Of a stretch of DNA of 64,000 nucleotides, positions 46,998 through 58,804 are shown piece after piece. How positions within the stretch are numbered: the stretch's first letter is position 1; each line of letters begins with the position of its first letter. Made by a program: the position numbers and the translations under genes. The notes beneath the pieces are model-generated. The model was not told the origin of the DNA. It saw nothing but the letters and a program-made list of their open reading frames with translations, and did not search any database. The stretch is taken from contig JAXHLX010000021.1 in assembly GCA_034521735.1 (NCBI GenBank), forward strand, positions 24,714 to 88,713, written 5' to 3'. The DNA is from Bacteroidales bacterium (GTDB lineage: Bacteria > Bacteroidota > Bacteroidia > Bacteroidales > VadinHA17).

Positions 46998-48591
46998 CAG
47001 TCCCAGGAATATAATACTGCCCCTGGTAATAGCAGTATCAGTCATAGGAGGTGTACTTATCGGCATATGGATGCCAGGCAGAACGTCTCACCCGCCACTC
47101 TCGGTTAAACCCCGTACAGACAAGATAAGCAGGATACTCAATTATGTTGAGACAAACTATGTTGACTCAGTAGACCGCAATAAGCTGGTGGAAGCGGCTA
47201 TTCCGGTAATGCTGCATGAGCTGGACCCTCATTCTGTTTATATACCCGCAGAAGATCTGAAAACTTCCAATGAACAGTTACAGGGTAACTTTGAAGGCAT
47301 AGGCATCTCGTTTAATATGCTGACAGATACAGTGTTGATAATAAGCACAATACCGGGCGGGCCGTCCGAGAAGGTGGGCGTAATGGCCGGCGATAAGATA
47401 ATTTATGTAGGCGACTCCCTGATAGCCGGTCAGGGTATTGTTGACGAAGAGATCATAGGCATGCTCAAAGGACCAAGGGGTACGGAAGTGGAGATAAGAG
47501 TATTTAGAAAAGGGGTTGATGAGCTTATCCCTTTTACTATCACAAGGGATAAAATACCCATATACTCGGTGGACGTGTCATATATGATTGATGACAAAAC
47601 AGGTTTTATAAAGATCAACAGGTTTTCCATGACCACCTATGAGGAATTTATGAAAGCCGTAGCAGAGCTTAAGGCTGAAGGAATGGAGAAGTTAATTATT
47701 GACCTCCGGGGCAATGTAGGTGGTGTTATGGAGCCGGCTATCAGGATCTCCGAAGCCTTCCTTCCCGAAGGCAGGCTTATCGTGTACACCGAAGGACGAG
47801 CACGGCCCAGGGAAGAATACCGTTCAGGTAATGACGGTCCGCTTATGGATACTGAACTGGTAATACTGATTGACGAATGGAGTGCTTCGGCCAGCGAGAT
47901 CGTTGCCGGGGCTATACAGGATAATGACAGGGGAACAATAATAGGCAGGCGCTCATTCGGCAAGGGGCTGGTGCAGGAACCTGTAATGTTCAATGACCGT
48001 TCAGCCATGAGGCTTACCGTTGCCAGGTATTACACACCATCAGGCCGCTCAATACAGAAACCCTATGAGAATGGATATGACGACTATATTGCCGACCTGA
48101 ACGAAAGGTTTATGAGGGGTGAGCATCAGAATGCCGATAGTATACATTTTGATAATATCCGGAAATATGAGACAACAGGTGGAAGGACAGTATACGGCGG
48201 AGGAGGTATTATGCCTGATATTTTCGTGCCGGCAGACACCGCAGGTCTGTCAATGTATTTTGCAAAGGTGCGTAACAGCGGACTGATATACAGGTATTCA
48301 CTCAGTTATACAGAGGCTAACAGGGAAGAGCTAAACAAATTCAGCAGCGCAGGTGAAATAAGTAATTACCTTGAAAAACAGTCGGTGCTGGAAAAGTTTA
48401 TTGAGTTTGCCTCTGAGAACGGTGTGGAGCCGGTGAAGCATGACCTGGAAGAGTCGGGCGAGATCATAAACCTGCAGATAAAAGCCTATATAGCAAGGAA
48501 TATTCTTGATAATAAAGGCTTTTACCCCATATGGCAGCAACTGGACAAAACATTGCAGAAAGCCATTGAACACCCTGGTTTAGAACTATGA
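46978..48591 (+). CDS. S41 family C-terminal processing peptidase
   Basis: N-terminal TM, a PDZ region (GPSEKVGVMAGDKI) and the catalytic context DEWSASASEIVAGAIQD..FGKGLVQ. The start is ambiguous (46948, 46978 or 46984). Confidence 0.85.
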   Translation: MNMKYNNSPRNIILPLVIAVSVIGGVLIGIWMPGRTSHPPLSVKPRTDKISRILNYVETNYVDSVDRNKLVEAAIPVMLHELDPHSVYIPAEDLKTSNEQLQGNFEGIGISFNMLTDTVLIISTIPGGPSEKVGVMAGDKIIYVGDSLIAGQGIVDEEIIGMLKGPRGTEVEIRVFRKGVDELIPFTITRDKIPIYSVDVSYMIDDKTGFIKINRFSMTTYEEFMKAVAELKAEGMEKLIIDLRGNVGGVMEPAIRISEAFLPEGRLIVYTEGRARPREEYRSGNDGPLMDTELVILIDEWSASASEIVAGAIQDNDRGTIIGRRSFGKGLVQEPVMFNDRSAMRLTVARYYTPSGRSIQKPYENGYDDYIADLNERFMRGEHQNADSIHFDNIRKYETTGGRTVYGGGGIMPDIFVPADTAGLSMYFAKVRNSGLIYRYSLSYTEANREELNKFSSAGEISNYLEKQSVLEKFIEFASENGVEPVKHDLEESGEIINLQIKAYIARNILDNKGFYPIWQQLDKTLQKAIEHPGLEL

Positions 48592-48746
48592 ATCTGAATA
48601 CCTGACCCGGTACCTCTGTGCCAGTGCAGGTACAAAATCATCCCATATCAGTTTACAGCTTTTACAATTTACCATTTGAATAAGTGCACTGTTAAAAAAC
48701 ATTTTGAATATTATCATTTTTTATTAGTGCGCTAAAAAGATTTAGA

Positions 48747-48754
48747 TATATTTG
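48747..48754 (+). promoter_or_regulatory. -7 promoter box (TATATTTG) for the sdhCAB operon
   Basis: Exact TAnnTTTG match, 40 nt upstream of the ATG at 48795. Confidence 0.5.
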
Positions 48755-48794
48755 TGTGTATTGTACAAAGTTAATCTAAAAACCTTCTTTTCAT

Positions 48795-49439
48795 ATGAAT
48801 AAAGTAATCGCCTCGTCCATATCGAAGAAATTTGTTATGGCTCTGGCGGGATTGTTTCTTCTGACCTTCCTGCCTGTGCACCTGGGAATAAACTTTATGT
48901 TATTGAATCCTGACCCTGAACCGTTTAATTCAGCTGCTCATTTTATGGCCAACTTCGCAGTAATAAAGGTTGTTGAGATGATCCTGATGCTTGCAATATT
49001 AATACATATCATCTATGGTACCATATTGCAGATACAGAACTGGATTGCGAGGCCGGCAAGGTATCAGTCAGGCAACAAAGCCGAAACATCTTTCTTTTCT
49101 AAGTTTATGATATGGACAGGTGGCACTATCTTCATATTCCTGATCATTCACTTTATTAATTTCTATTTCATAAAAATAGGACTTGTGGATGGTGACCCGG
49201 AGGATTTCTACTCGGTGGCTTACCAGCTGTTTGCAATACCGGGATATGTAATTTTTTACTGGATATGTTTTCTGGGACTGGGTTTTCATCTTTATCATGC
49301 CTTCTCATCGGCATTCCAGACAATTGGATTAAACCACAGGATATGGACACCCGTCGTTAATGTTGTAGCCGTGTTTTATGCAATCCTGATACCCGCCGGG
49401 TTTGCATCTATACCCTTAATTATCTGGCTGTTTAAATAA
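48795..49439 (+). CDS. sdhC: succinate dehydrogenase/fumarate reductase cytochrome b subunit
   Basis: About five TM helices with conserved His residues, immediately upstream of the flavoprotein and Fe-S subunits. Confidence 0.85.
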   Translation: MNKVIASSISKKFVMALAGLFLLTFLPVHLGINFMLLNPDPEPFNSAAHFMANFAVIKVVEMILMLAILIHIIYGTILQIQNWIARPARYQSGNKAETSFFSKFMIWTGGTIFIFLIIHFINFYFIKIGLVDGDPEDFYSVAYQLFAIPGYVIFYWICFLGLGFHLYHAFSSAFQTIGLNHRIWTPVVNVVAVFYAILIPAGFASIPLIIWLFK

Positions 49440-49465
49440 TAAGAAAAATCAGAAAATCTATTAAA

Positions 49466-51385
49466 ATGGCAAAATTGGACTCAAAAATACCGGAAGGACC
49501 ATTAACAGAGAAATGGATAAAATATAAAAACACTGCTAAGCTTGTTAATGCTGCCAACAGAAAGAAACTTGATGTTATTGTTGTTGGAACCGGACTTGCC
49601 GGTGCTTCAGCTGCCTCGGCACTTGGAGAGCTTGGCTATAATGTTAAGAATTTCTGTTATCAGGACTCCCCCAGGAGGGCACATTCGGTTGCAGCACAGG
49701 GTGGTATCAATGCTGCCAAGAACTATAAGAATGACGGTGACAGCGTATACCGGCTGTTTTACGATATGATAAAAGGAGGCGATTTCAGGGCGCGCGAAGC
49801 CAATGTCTACCGTGCAGCAGAGGTAAGCAATGATGTTATTGACCATTTCACAGCCATTGGCGTACCCTTTGCGCGGGATTATGGCGGCAATCTCGATAAC
49901 CGCTCATTCGGAGGTGTGCAGGTGTCCCGTACCTTTTATGCCAAGGGACAAACCGGACAGCAATGCCTGCTCGGAACATATTCATCCCTTAACAGGCAGA
50001 TCAATAAGGGTACTGTTGTTATGTACCCCCGCAGGGAGATGCTGGAGCTTGTTGTGGTAGACGGGAAAGCAAGGGGTATAATAGCCAGAAATCTTATTAC
50101 AGGAGAATTAGAAAGACATTCCGCCCATGCCGTGGTGCTCGCTACCGGCGGCTACGGCACTATCTATTACCTGTCAACCCTGGCCGTTCACTCAAATGCT
50201 TCAGCGGCATGGAAAGCCCATAAAAAGGGAGCACTGTTTGCCAATCCCAGTTTTGTACAGATCCATCCCACCAGCATACCACAGTTAAATGATTACCAGT
50301 CCAAGCTGACACTTATGTCTGAATCCCTTCGTAACGACGGACGCATATGGGTGCCTAAAGCCAAAGGGGATAAACGGAAAGCATCCGATATACCTGATGA
50401 GGAACGCGACTATTACCTTGAAAGAAGATACCCGGCATTCGGCAACCTGGTCCCAAGGGATGTGGCCTCCAGGGCGGCAAAGGAAAGATGTGATGCGGGA
50501 TATGGCGTGGGTGATACAGGTCTGGCTGTTTTTCTCGATTTCAGGGATGCCATCAATAAGCTGGGTAAAAAAGCTATTGAAAATAAATACGGCAACCTTT
50601 TTGAGCTGTATAATATAATCACGGGTGAGGACCCATACAGCCAGCCTATGAGGATCTATCCTGCCGGACATTACACAATGGGCGGCCTGTGGGTCGATTA
50701 CGAACTGATGACAACTGTACCCGGACTTTTTGCCATAGGTGAAGCTAACTTCTCCGACCATGGAGCAAACAGACTGGGCGCCAGCTCGCTGATGCAGGCT
50801 TGCGGCGACGGGTATTTTATACTGCCCTACACCATGGGCAACTTCCTGGCAGACGAGATACACACAGCCCGAATAGATACAGGCATTAAAGAGTTTGAAG
50901 AAGCAGAAAAAGATGTAAAGGAAAGAATAGAAAAGCTGCTCTCCATCAAAGGCAAACAGACGGCTGCATCATTCCATAAAAGGCTGGGCAAGATAATGTG
51001 GGATCATTGCGGTATGACAAGAAACGAAGAAGGGCTTAAAAAAGCTTTTGAACTGGTGGGGGAACTGAAAAAAGAGTTCTGGTCAGACCTGGTAGTCCCC
51101 GGCACAGGTGATGAACTGAATATGCAGCTTGAGAAAGCAGGAAGGGTGGCCGACAGCCTGGAGCAGGCAGAGCTGCTGATCAATGATGCCCTCAACAGGA
51201 AGGAGTCATGCGGGGCCCACTTCAGGGAAGAGTACCAGACACCGGAGGGAGAAGCCATGAGAGATGATGAGAACTATAAGTTCGTGGCTGCCTGGGAATA
51301 TACAGGGGATACCGCAAAACCGAAATTCCACAAGGAAGATCTGGTATTCGAAGAAGTAGAAGTAAAAGTAAGGAGTTATAAATAA
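49466..51385 (+). CDS. sdhA: succinate dehydrogenase/fumarate reductase flavoprotein subunit
   Basis: [15 protein letters not shown] fold and [11 protein letters not shown] covalent-FAD His; 639 aa. Confidence 0.92.
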   Translation: MAKLDSKIPEGPLTEKWIKYKNTAKLVNAANRKKLDVIVVGTGLAGASAASALGELGYNVKNFCYQDSPRRAHSVAAQGGINAAKNYKNDGDSVYRLFYDMIKGGDFRAREANVYRAAEVSNDVIDHFTAIGVPFARDYGGNLDNRSFGGVQVSRTFYAKGQTGQQCLLGTYSSLNRQINKGTVVMYPRREMLELVVVDGKARGIIARNLITGELERHSAHAVVLATGGYGTIYYLSTLAVHSNASAAWKAHKKGALFANPSFVQIHPTSIPQLNDYQSKLTLMSESLRNDGRIWVPKAKGDKRKASDIPDEERDYYLERRYPAFGNLVPRDVASRAAKERCDAGYGVGDTGLAVFLDFRDAINKLGKKAIENKYGNLFELYNIITGEDPYSQPMRIYPAGHYTMGGLWVDYELMTTVPGLFAIGEANFSDHGANRLGASSLMQACGDGYFILPYTMGNFLADEIHTARIDTGIKEFEEAEKDVKERIEKLLSIKGKQTAASFHKRLGKIMWDHCGMTRNEEGLKKAFELVGELKKEFWSDLVVPGTGDELNMQLEKAGRVADSLEQAELLINDALNRKESCGAHFREEYQTPEGEAMRDDENYKFVAAWEYTGDTAKPKFHKEDLVFEEVEVKVRSYK

Positions 51386-51420
51386 ACTGTCATTTTTTTT
51401 GAATTCAAACTGATCATCAT

Positions 51421-52155
51421 ATGAACGTTAAACTAAAGATATGGCGCCAGGAGAATGCTCAGAGTAAGGGGGCATTCCAGGTTTACGATTTTGACGATGT
51501 TTCACCCGAAATGTCATTCCTGGAGATGCTCGATGCCCTGAACACCAAACTTATCACAGAGGGAAAGAAACCTGTTGCCTTCGATCATGACTGCCGTGAA
51601 GGTATATGCGGCTCATGCGGTATGTATATTAACGGGCATCCGCACGGACCGGTAAAAGGTATCACTACCTGCCACCTGTCAATGAGGGTGTTCAGTGAAG
51701 GCGAGACCATAACGGTTGAGCCCTGGAGGGCCAAGGCCTTCCCGGTTATCAAAGACCTGATAGTTGACCGCTCATCATTTGAAAAGGTACAGGTTGCCGG
51801 TGGCTTCATTTCCACAAATGTGGGATCAGCTCCCGATTCACATGCCATACCGGTAAAAAAGAAAAATGCCGATGCTGCCTTTGACAGTGCCGTATGCATA
51901 GGATGCGGAGCCTGCGTGGCCGCATGTAAAAATGCATCTGCCATGCTTTTTGTTTCTGCCAAGGTCAGACAATTCGCGCTGCTCCCACAGGGACGTATTG
52001 AAGCCCGCGACAGGGTCAGGGCCATGGTGTCAATGATGGATGAGGTGGGCTTTGGTAACTGCTCAAATACCGGGGCCTGCGAAGCCGAATGTCCGAAAGA
52101 TATCAAGCTTACAAATATCGCACGGATGAACAGGGAGTATTATAAGGCTTACTGA
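51421..52155 (+). CDS. sdhB: succinate dehydrogenase/fumarate reductase iron-sulfur subunit
   Basis: Cys clusters [22 protein letters not shown] and [12 protein letters not shown]. Confidence 0.92.
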   Translation: MNVKLKIWRQENAQSKGAFQVYDFDDVSPEMSFLEMLDALNTKLITEGKKPVAFDHDCREGICGSCGMYINGHPHGPVKGITTCHLSMRVFSEGETITVEPWRAKAFPVIKDLIVDRSSFEKVQVAGGFISTNVGSAPDSHAIPVKKKNADAAFDSAVCIGCGACVAACKNASAMLFVSAKVRQFALLPQGRIEARDRVRAMVSMMDEVGFGNCSNTGACEAECPKDIKLTNIARMNREYYKAY

Positions 52156-52865
52156 TGCTCCACCTTCCTGAACCTTAAGCCCAGGGCAAGGATAGCATAA
52201 ACAATGATCAAAGCACCTGCGGTGAACAATGCCCAGTTGAAACGCCGGGGTATATACCCGGATGCATATTCAAGCAGTGATCCGTTAAGTGGCAGGTTCC
52301 AAAGATCGGCTATCGAATATTCCTCCAGTATATAGGCTGAATAATCCCATGTAAACGCCATTATCACCACCAGCGCTCCAGCTGTAAGAATAATCCATTC
52401 GCGCCCTTTAATACCTGTATCAATACCCCTGTCTGAATAAAATACTATAATCATAGCCAGGCTTATCATCAGTACCGTTATTATCAGGGGACTGATAACA
52501 GGACCGGTCCATGTAAGGGGAAGAAGAAAAAGGATGTCCCATTCAAGCAGTGATCCCGGCCAGCCAATGAGCAGCATAAGGAAAACATAATAAAATATAT
52601 CCCAGACGGCAAAGCAATATATAAACCATGCAAAGCGCATAGAAAAACTCTTACCCGCTATAAAAGCCACTGCCATAAGCATGATCAGAGTGGACAGCTC
52701 CCTTATTATCTCGGTAAGAGCCAGTGCGCCCTCCATCTCTGCCAGGGGGAATGAAAACCCACCGGGATAAAGTAACTCCCTGAGGTATACAACAACGGCA
52801 CTTTCCATGAAAGCCATGGCAACACTGAAAACGGTAAGCCAGATAAGTAATCTCCATGATCTCAT
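52149..52865 (-). CDS. hypothetical multi-pass membrane protein (238 aa)
   Basis: Hydrophobic ORF. Its 3' end overlaps the sdhB 3' end convergently by 7 nt. Confidence 0.65.
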   Translation of the reverse strand: MRSWRLLIWLTVFSVAMAFMESAVVVYLRELLYPGGFSFPLAEMEGALALTEIIRELSTLIMLMAVAFIAGKSFSMRFAWFIYCFAVWDIFYYVFLMLLIGWPGSLLEWDILFLLPLTWTGPVISPLIITVLMISLAMIIVFYSDRGIDTGIKGREWIILTAGALVVIMAFTWDYSAYILEEYSIADLWNLPLNGSLLEYASGYIPRRFNWALFTAGALIIVYAILALGLRFRKVEHQ

Positions 52866-52968
52866 AATGAAAAATTACATAATATTATCAGCAATTCAAA
52901 AATTTGTTAAAATATTTTAAATAGCTGCCTTTTTATTCTATTAATTGAATTCAGTTGCAGGTATTTGA

Positions 52969-52976
52969 TATATTTG
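52969..52976 (+). promoter_or_regulatory. -7 promoter box (TATATTTG) upstream of the M28 peptidase gene
   Basis: Exact TAnnTTTG match, 23 nt upstream of the ATG at 53000. Confidence 0.45.
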
Positions 52977-52999
52977 GGACAAATTAAAAAATCCGGCTT

Positions 53000-54364
53000 A
53001 TGAAACGCTATACTGTACTTGCTCTGATAATTATTATCTGCGGATCAACTGCTATTGCACAGGAGATAATTAGGAGGGATCCTGTTATCAGCGATATGGT
53101 TGAACAGATATCGAGAGATAATATAGAAGCATATATTACAAAGCTTGTAAGCTTCCATACCCGCCATAACCTGAGTGCGCAGGATGATCCTGAGAAAGGC
53201 ATAGGAGCATCATGGAACTGGGTAAAGCAGGAGATGGAAAAATATATTCCGCAATCAGATGGCCGCCTGTCAGTTGAATTTGTAAAATACAGCGTTGGAG
53301 GTGAGGGCCAGAGGATAAGTGATGAGACGGAACTAAGGAATGTGGTGGCCACACTTGAAGGTGTTGACCCTGAAGACGACAGGATACTTATGATCAGCGC
53401 CCACCTTGACAGTCGAGTTGAAGATAATTACGACGGCACATCATTCGCCCCCGGGGCCAACGATGACGGCTCAGGTGTTGCTGCTATACTCGAACTGGTG
53501 AGGATTATGTCTGACCATAAATTCCCCGCAACAATAAAATTCATGGTGGTGACAGGTGAGGAACACGGTCTCTACGGTGCCTCGGCTATGGCTGACATTG
53601 CCGAAGAAGAGAACTGGAATATCGTTGCCATGCTGAATAATGATATGATAGGTAACAGCGGATCAAGCGGCACCCTGCTGAATGATAATATGAGGGTAAG
53701 GGTTTTCAGCGAAGGTGTACCGGCTTATGAAACAGAACAAATGGAAAGGCTCCGATCATATACCGCAGCAGAGAATGATGGCAGTGCCAGGCAGCTGGCA
53801 CGCTATGTCAAGGAGGTGGGAGAAAGATATGTTGACCAGCTTGATGTTACACTTATATACAGGAATGACAGGTTCGGTCGCGGAGGCGACCATACACCAT
53901 TCTGCAGGAAAGGCTTCACGGCTGTCAGGATATGCGAATTCAATGAGAATTATAAGCGTACGCATACCACACCCGGTGAAAGGGATGGTATAATGTACGG
54001 CGACCTGCCGGAGGGTGTCGATTATGAGTATGTACGCAAGAATGCAGGCATTAACCTTGCCACTCTGGCTAACCTGGCATCATCACCGCGGCAAGCTCTG
54101 AATGCCGGTATAGTAACGGCCGGAATGAGCAATTTCACAACCCTGCAATGGGAAAAGCCCGACAAAGGCAAAGAACCGGAAGGTTATTATATACTGCTGC
54201 GCGAGACATACCAGTCTATGTGGCAAAAGAAAATATTTGTAAGGGGCACAGAAGTCACACTGCCCTATTCAAAAGACAACTATTTCTTTGCCATACAGAG
54301 TGTTGATGCAGAAGGACATGAAAGTCTGCCCGTTTTCCCTGGACCAGCAAGACGCAGCAGGTAA
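53000..54364 (+). CDS. M28 family metallopeptidase, exported, with C-terminal Fn3-like domain
   Basis: Signal peptide and Zn-ligand contexts SAHLDS, NDDGSGVAAILE, GEEHGLYG and NNDMIG. Confidence 0.85.
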   Translation: MKRYTVLALIIIICGSTAIAQEIIRRDPVISDMVEQISRDNIEAYITKLVSFHTRHNLSAQDDPEKGIGASWNWVKQEMEKYIPQSDGRLSVEFVKYSVGGEGQRISDETELRNVVATLEGVDPEDDRILMISAHLDSRVEDNYDGTSFAPGANDDGSGVAAILELVRIMSDHKFPATIKFMVVTGEEHGLYGASAMADIAEEENWNIVAMLNNDMIGNSGSSGTLLNDNMRVRVFSEGVPAYETEQMERLRSYTAAENDGSARQLARYVKEVGERYVDQLDVTLIYRNDRFGRGGDHTPFCRKGFTAVRICEFNENYKRTHTTPGERDGIMYGDLPEGVDYEYVRKNAGINLATLANLASSPRQALNAGIVTAGMSNFTTLQWEKPDKGKEPEGYYILLRETYQSMWQKKIFVRGTEVTLPYSKDNYFFAIQSVDAEGHESLPVFPGPARRSR

Positions 54365-54450
54365 CACTCAACAAAAATATGCAAAGCTGAGACAGGCTCT
54401 TAGCCTTTACAAAAGAACACAGCTGTGAAAACCCTACAGCCTCTGGAGTA

Positions 54451-55836
54451 CTAGCTGCAAAGATCTTCTATTTCACTTACTGACTTGGGTATATGTTTGC
54501 CCAGCACCTTATGGCCGCTGTCGGTGATAAGCACGTTATCCTCTATACGTACACCTCCGAAATCGAGGTACTTCTCCACCTTCTCGTAATTAATATAATC
54601 GGTGTGCATCTTTTCGGATTTCCACTTTTCAACCAGCTCGGGTATAAAATAGCAACCGGGCTCAATGGTGAATACATGACCAGCCTTAAAAGGAAGACCA
54701 AACCTGAGGAATGCCAGTCCAAACTGGCTGCTGCGTTTCACCTCATCATTATATCCTACAAAATTCTCTCCCAGGCCTTCCATATCATGAACATCAAGTC
54801 CCATCATATGTCCCAGTCCGTGCGGCATAAACAGGGCATGGGCTCCCTGGTTAACAGCTTCGTTAACGTCTCCCTTCATTATGCCCAGTTCTTTCAAGCC
54901 GGCAGCCAGAACCCTGCAGGCCTCAAGATGCAGGTCCTTATTCGACTTGCCCGGTCCGGCATCCTGTATGGCTTTCATATTAGCATCCAGCACAATCTCA
55001 TATATCTCTTTTTGCCTGGAATTAAATTTGCCCCCGACCGGTGTGGTGCGTGTTATATCAGAAGCATAATGCATATTGGTTTCTGCTCCTGCATCTGTCA
55101 CCATCATTCTGCCCTCACGCAGTATATTACCATGATCATGGTTATGAAGGGTCTGCCCGTTTACACTCAGAATAATAGGAAAAGACGGCCCCATACCCTT
55201 GGCCAGCGCTATGCCTTCTATGGTACCGAATATTTCCTGTTCCCTCACACCGGGTTTGCACATCTTCATCGCCGTTGTATGCATATCCCAGGCTATATCC
55301 ACAGCGTTCTCTATCTCTTCAATCTCACAGGGCTCCTTGTATGAGCGAAGGGCAACAACCGCCTTAATCAACTCTTCCGAAGCAGAAGACTGCATCTGGC
55401 AGGGATTCTCCCTCAGCAAAGCACCCAGGGTCATCTTGTTTTCTCCCCTGTAAGGCGGCAGGAAATGGATTTTCCTTCCACCGGACTTTGCCTGGTCAAT
55501 AATAGCGGCCAGTTTACTCACAGGACCGGTATTCTTTATACCCGCTTCCGCTGCCTGCTGCTTTATTGTTGGCTGTGGTCCCATCCATATTATATCATCC
55601 ACATCAAGGTCATCGCCAAAAATATAGTCTTTATCATTATCAATATCCATCACTCCTGTCAGACCCTGTATGTCAAGTCCGAAAAAATAAAGGAAGTCAC
55701 TGTCCTGCCGGAAATGATACGGATTAGCAACATAATTCATCGGGGAATCAACATTTCCCAATATAAGTACCAAACCGCCCGACATTGATTTTCTTAAGGA
55801 TTCTCTCCTGCTTTTGTATACCTCAGATTTAAACAT
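54451..55836 (-). CDS. pepP: Xaa-Pro aminopeptidase (M24B family)
   Basis: AMP_N-type N-domain and metal-ligand contexts VTDAGAE, HGLGHMMGLDVHD, TIEPG and VRIEDNV. I chose the start at MFKSEVYK; the ORF-track start is 55902. Confidence 0.85.
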   Translation of the reverse strand: MFKSEVYKSRRESLRKSMSGGLVLILGNVDSPMNYVANPYHFRQDSDFLYFFGLDIQGLTGVMDIDNDKDYIFGDDLDVDDIIWMGPQPTIKQQAAEAGIKNTGPVSKLAAIIDQAKSGGRKIHFLPPYRGENKMTLGALLRENPCQMQSSASEELIKAVVALRSYKEPCEIEEIENAVDIAWDMHTTAMKMCKPGVREQEIFGTIEGIALAKGMGPSFPIILSVNGQTLHNHDHGNILREGRMMVTDAGAETNMHYASDITRTTPVGGKFNSRQKEIYEIVLDANMKAIQDAGPGKSNKDLHLEACRVLAAGLKELGIMKGDVNEAVNQGAHALFMPHGLGHMMGLDVHDMEGLGENFVGYNDEVKRSSQFGLAFLRFGLPFKAGHVFTIEPGCYFIPELVEKWKSEKMHTDYINYEKVEKYLDFGGVRIEDNVLITDSGHKVLGKHIPKSVSEIEDLCS

Positions 55837-56099
55837 ATTATTGGTTTTAGTTATGCTTATTTTAAATAATAATAAAAGTACGGCTATTATACTGCATTCC
55901 AAAATGTTCTTTAACCGGTGAGACTATTTTTTCACATTGCATATATTATGTTTTACCCCTTAAACAAGCATAAAAGAACAAATATCATTCTTTTTATAAA
56001 AGGTGTTGAAAATCACCGGCGAATACTATTGCTATTTACATCAGTTTTTATATATTCGCATGTGTTATTAACAGCTTATTAACAATTCTGCCATACAAT

Positions 56100-56807
56100 A
56101 TGCCTTACCGCCGATTACCAAACACAGATGCAGCACGTATAAGAGCCATGGAGCAGGCTCTCATAAAGGGAAAAGAGCTTCCCCCTTTTAACCTGGCTTA
56201 TAGTTCCAGAACATTTGTAAGTCTCCAGGCATTTTTGCCCACTTTTATACATAATCATCAACTTCAAAGACAATCATATAATAAACAGGTTGAAAGTAAT
56301 AAGGATTACCAGGAGATAACAAGGAAAGCAAAACTGTATATTAATCATTTCCTGCGTGTCATGAACATGGCGGTACAGAGAAAGGATATAAGACCTGACA
56401 CACCTGAATTTTTCGGTCTTACCAACGGTCATTCCGCACTACCCGCTATAGGGGCTGAGAAAGATATCATTCACTGGGGTAACAGGATCATTGAGGGGGA
56501 GGCTGCCAGGATAAAATCAGGCAGAACGCCCATAAGCAACCCTACGATAGCCGTTGTTAAGGTACATTTCGAAAATTTCCTTGATGCATATCATTTCCAG
56601 AAGACCATGCATAAAAAGACCAGTGATTATTCTGAGAAGATCACCAGGCTGAGACAGCAGGCCGACGAACTGATTGTTAATATCTGGAATGAGGTGGAAA
56701 GCACATTTTCTGACCTGGGTGAAGAAGAGAAAAGATCAAAAGCTGAAACCTACGGCATCGTTTATGTTTTCAGAAAAAGCGAACTTGAGAAAGTTGACGA
56801 AAACTAG
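56100..56807 (+). CDS. hypothetical cytoplasmic protein (235 aa)
   Basis: Clean ORF with no signal peptide. No family recognised. Confidence 0.65.
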   Translation: MPYRRLPNTDAARIRAMEQALIKGKELPPFNLAYSSRTFVSLQAFLPTFIHNHQLQRQSYNKQVESNKDYQEITRKAKLYINHFLRVMNMAVQRKDIRPDTPEFFGLTNGHSALPAIGAEKDIIHWGNRIIEGEAARIKSGRTPISNPTIAVVKVHFENFLDAYHFQKTMHKKTSDYSEKITRLRQQADELIVNIWNEVESTFSDLGEEEKRSKAETYGIVYVFRKSELEKVDEN

Positions 56808-57727
56808 CTGCTACCGGTACTGACACGTCTGATATTTAATAATATAAGCACAGCTATTATTGTCGGAACAATAACAATCAAGCCATCCTGTGCCGAAAAT
56901 TCATCAACCGCACTATTAATATTCTCCCAGCCAAGCAGGTATGCCAGGAAAACAGGAATGGCATTGTTCACAAAGTGTGCCAGCACAGGCAACCATATAC
57001 TGCCCGACCACAGGTACATATACCCGAAAGCAAGTCCCAGGATAAACCTTGGCAGGAAGCCATAAAACTGAAGATGGGTGGCACTGAAAAGGAAAGCTGC
57101 CAGCAGCACTGCCATATGTCCGGATCTGAACCATCCTGTAAATATCTTTTGCAGTACCCCCCTGTATAAAAATTCTTCACCAACAGCAGGAATAATGGCT
57201 ATGATAAGCATATTTACCATCAGACCTCCTATGCTTGTTGTATTAATAAGCAGTCCGGTGAGCTGTCCGGCCTGTTCTTCCTTATTCTGCATCCACTGTT
57301 CCAGCCCTTCGAGCCATCGGGGCAGATCGAGACCTGCATTCAGCCATCCCAGGTAACTGGTCAGGGGAATAAGGAAAAAAATGAAGATAATGCTCAGTAA
57401 TGAGGCAACAGCACCCGGGCTCCTGTTTGCTCCGAGGTACGAGCCAATATCTCTTTTCATAAAAAAAGATATTATAAGGGAGGGTACGAGAAAGATGGAA
57501 AGGTGCTGTAATACCTGGATATATTTGAAGTAATTAATCTCCTTTAATGAATAAGCCTGTTCACCAATACTCACCTCACCGGGCGCAATACCGAAAATAA
57601 GCCATCCCGTCAGCAGTGCAAGCAGCAAGCCTGCCAGTGCAAAAAGAAGTATTATTATCAATGATACAGTAAACTGAATATATGGCTTTTTCGAGCTTAA
57701 AGGTATCAGTTCCGGATAAGCTGACAT
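56804..57727 (-). CDS. CPBP family intramembrane glutamic endopeptidase
   Basis: Motifs EEFLYRG, FSATH and HFVNN. I chose the start at MSAYPELI; the ORF-track start is 57817. Confidence 0.8.
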   Translation of the reverse strand: MSAYPELIPLSSKKPYIQFTVSLIIILLFALAGLLLALLTGWLIFGIAPGEVSIGEQAYSLKEINYFKYIQVLQHLSIFLVPSLIISFFMKRDIGSYLGANRSPGAVASLLSIIFIFFLIPLTSYLGWLNAGLDLPRWLEGLEQWMQNKEEQAGQLTGLLINTTSIGGLMVNMLIIAIIPAVGEEFLYRGVLQKIFTGWFRSGHMAVLLAAFLFSATHLQFYGFLPRFILGLAFGYMYLWSGSIWLPVLAHFVNNAIPVFLAYLLGWENINSAVDEFSAQDGLIVIVPTIIAVLILLNIRRVSTGSS

Positions 57728-57780
57728 TTTATTATTTTTGCTCCGAAGATAATTATTTACAATAAAATAAACATCAGCTT

Positions 57781-58761
57781 GTGAGAATAGGCAATACAGA
57801 ACTGGGCAACAAACCATTATTCCTTGCTCCCATGGAAGATATCACTGATCCTTCCTTCAGGAGTATATGCAAGCATTACGGGGCCGATTTTATGTATACC
57901 GAGTTTATCTCTTCTGACGGCCTGATAAGGGATGGGGTAAAAAGCGTAAGGAAGCTGGCTATTAACGACAGCGAGAGACCGATAGGCATACAGATATACG
58001 GGCATATTATTGAATCGATGGTTGAGGCGGCCAGGATAGCAGAAGCAGCCGGTCCTGAACTGATAGATATCAATTTTGGGTGTCCGGTCAAAAAGATAGC
58101 CAAGCGTGGGGCCGGATCAGGTATGATGAAGAATGTTCCTCTTATGGTAGAGATGACAGATGCCGTCATTAAAGCCGTAAAGCTGCCTGTAACGGTTAAG
58201 ACACGCCTGGGCTGGGACGAAGACAACAAAAATATAGCCGATATTGCGGAGAGACTGCAGGATATTGGAATTGCTGCCATCACCATTCATGGCAGGACAC
58301 GCTCTCAGATGTATAAGGGAAATGCTGACTGGCGACTGATCGGCGAAGTAAAAAACAACCCGAAAATCAATATACCGGTGATCGGCAACGGCGATATCGA
58401 CGGGCCGGAAAGAGCTGAATTTGCCTATAAGAGATACGGTGTGGATGGGGTAATGATAGGAAGGGCAACGGTGGGCAGACCATGGATCTTCAGGGATATT
58501 AAACATTATCTGGAGACCGGTGAGACATTGCCTCCACCCTCCCTTGACGAGATAGTAGACCTTGCCATCCTGCATCTGAAAAAATCAATAGAATACAAGG
58601 AAGGCAACAGGGCTATCTTTGAGATGAGAAGGCACCTCTCCAATTATTTCAAGGGACTGCCTCATTTCAGGGAAACAAGGTTAAAGCTTCTGACTACCAC
58701 CGATGTTGAAGAGATATTAAGCATTCTTGAGTTTATAAGAAAAAACTGGAAAGACCAGTGA
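57781..58761 (+). CDS. dusB: tRNA dihydrouridine synthase DusB
   Basis: LAPMEDITDPSFR..DINFGCP..ITIHGRTR; GTG start. Confidence 0.88.
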   Translation: MRIGNTELGNKPLFLAPMEDITDPSFRSICKHYGADFMYTEFISSDGLIRDGVKSVRKLAINDSERPIGIQIYGHIIESMVEAARIAEAAGPELIDINFGCPVKKIAKRGAGSGMMKNVPLMVEMTDAVIKAVKLPVTVKTRLGWDEDNKNIADIAERLQDIGIAAITIHGRTRSQMYKGNADWRLIGEVKNNPKINIPVIGNGDIDGPERAEFAYKRYGVDGVMIGRATVGRPWIFRDIKHYLETGETLPPPSLDEIVDLAILHLKKSIEYKEGNRAIFEMRRHLSNYFKGLPHFRETRLKLLTTTDVEEILSILEFIRKNWKDQ

Positions 58762-58804
58762 TACCGGTCCCTCCAGTTTAATATTTAATAATTTATATTT
58801 TCTC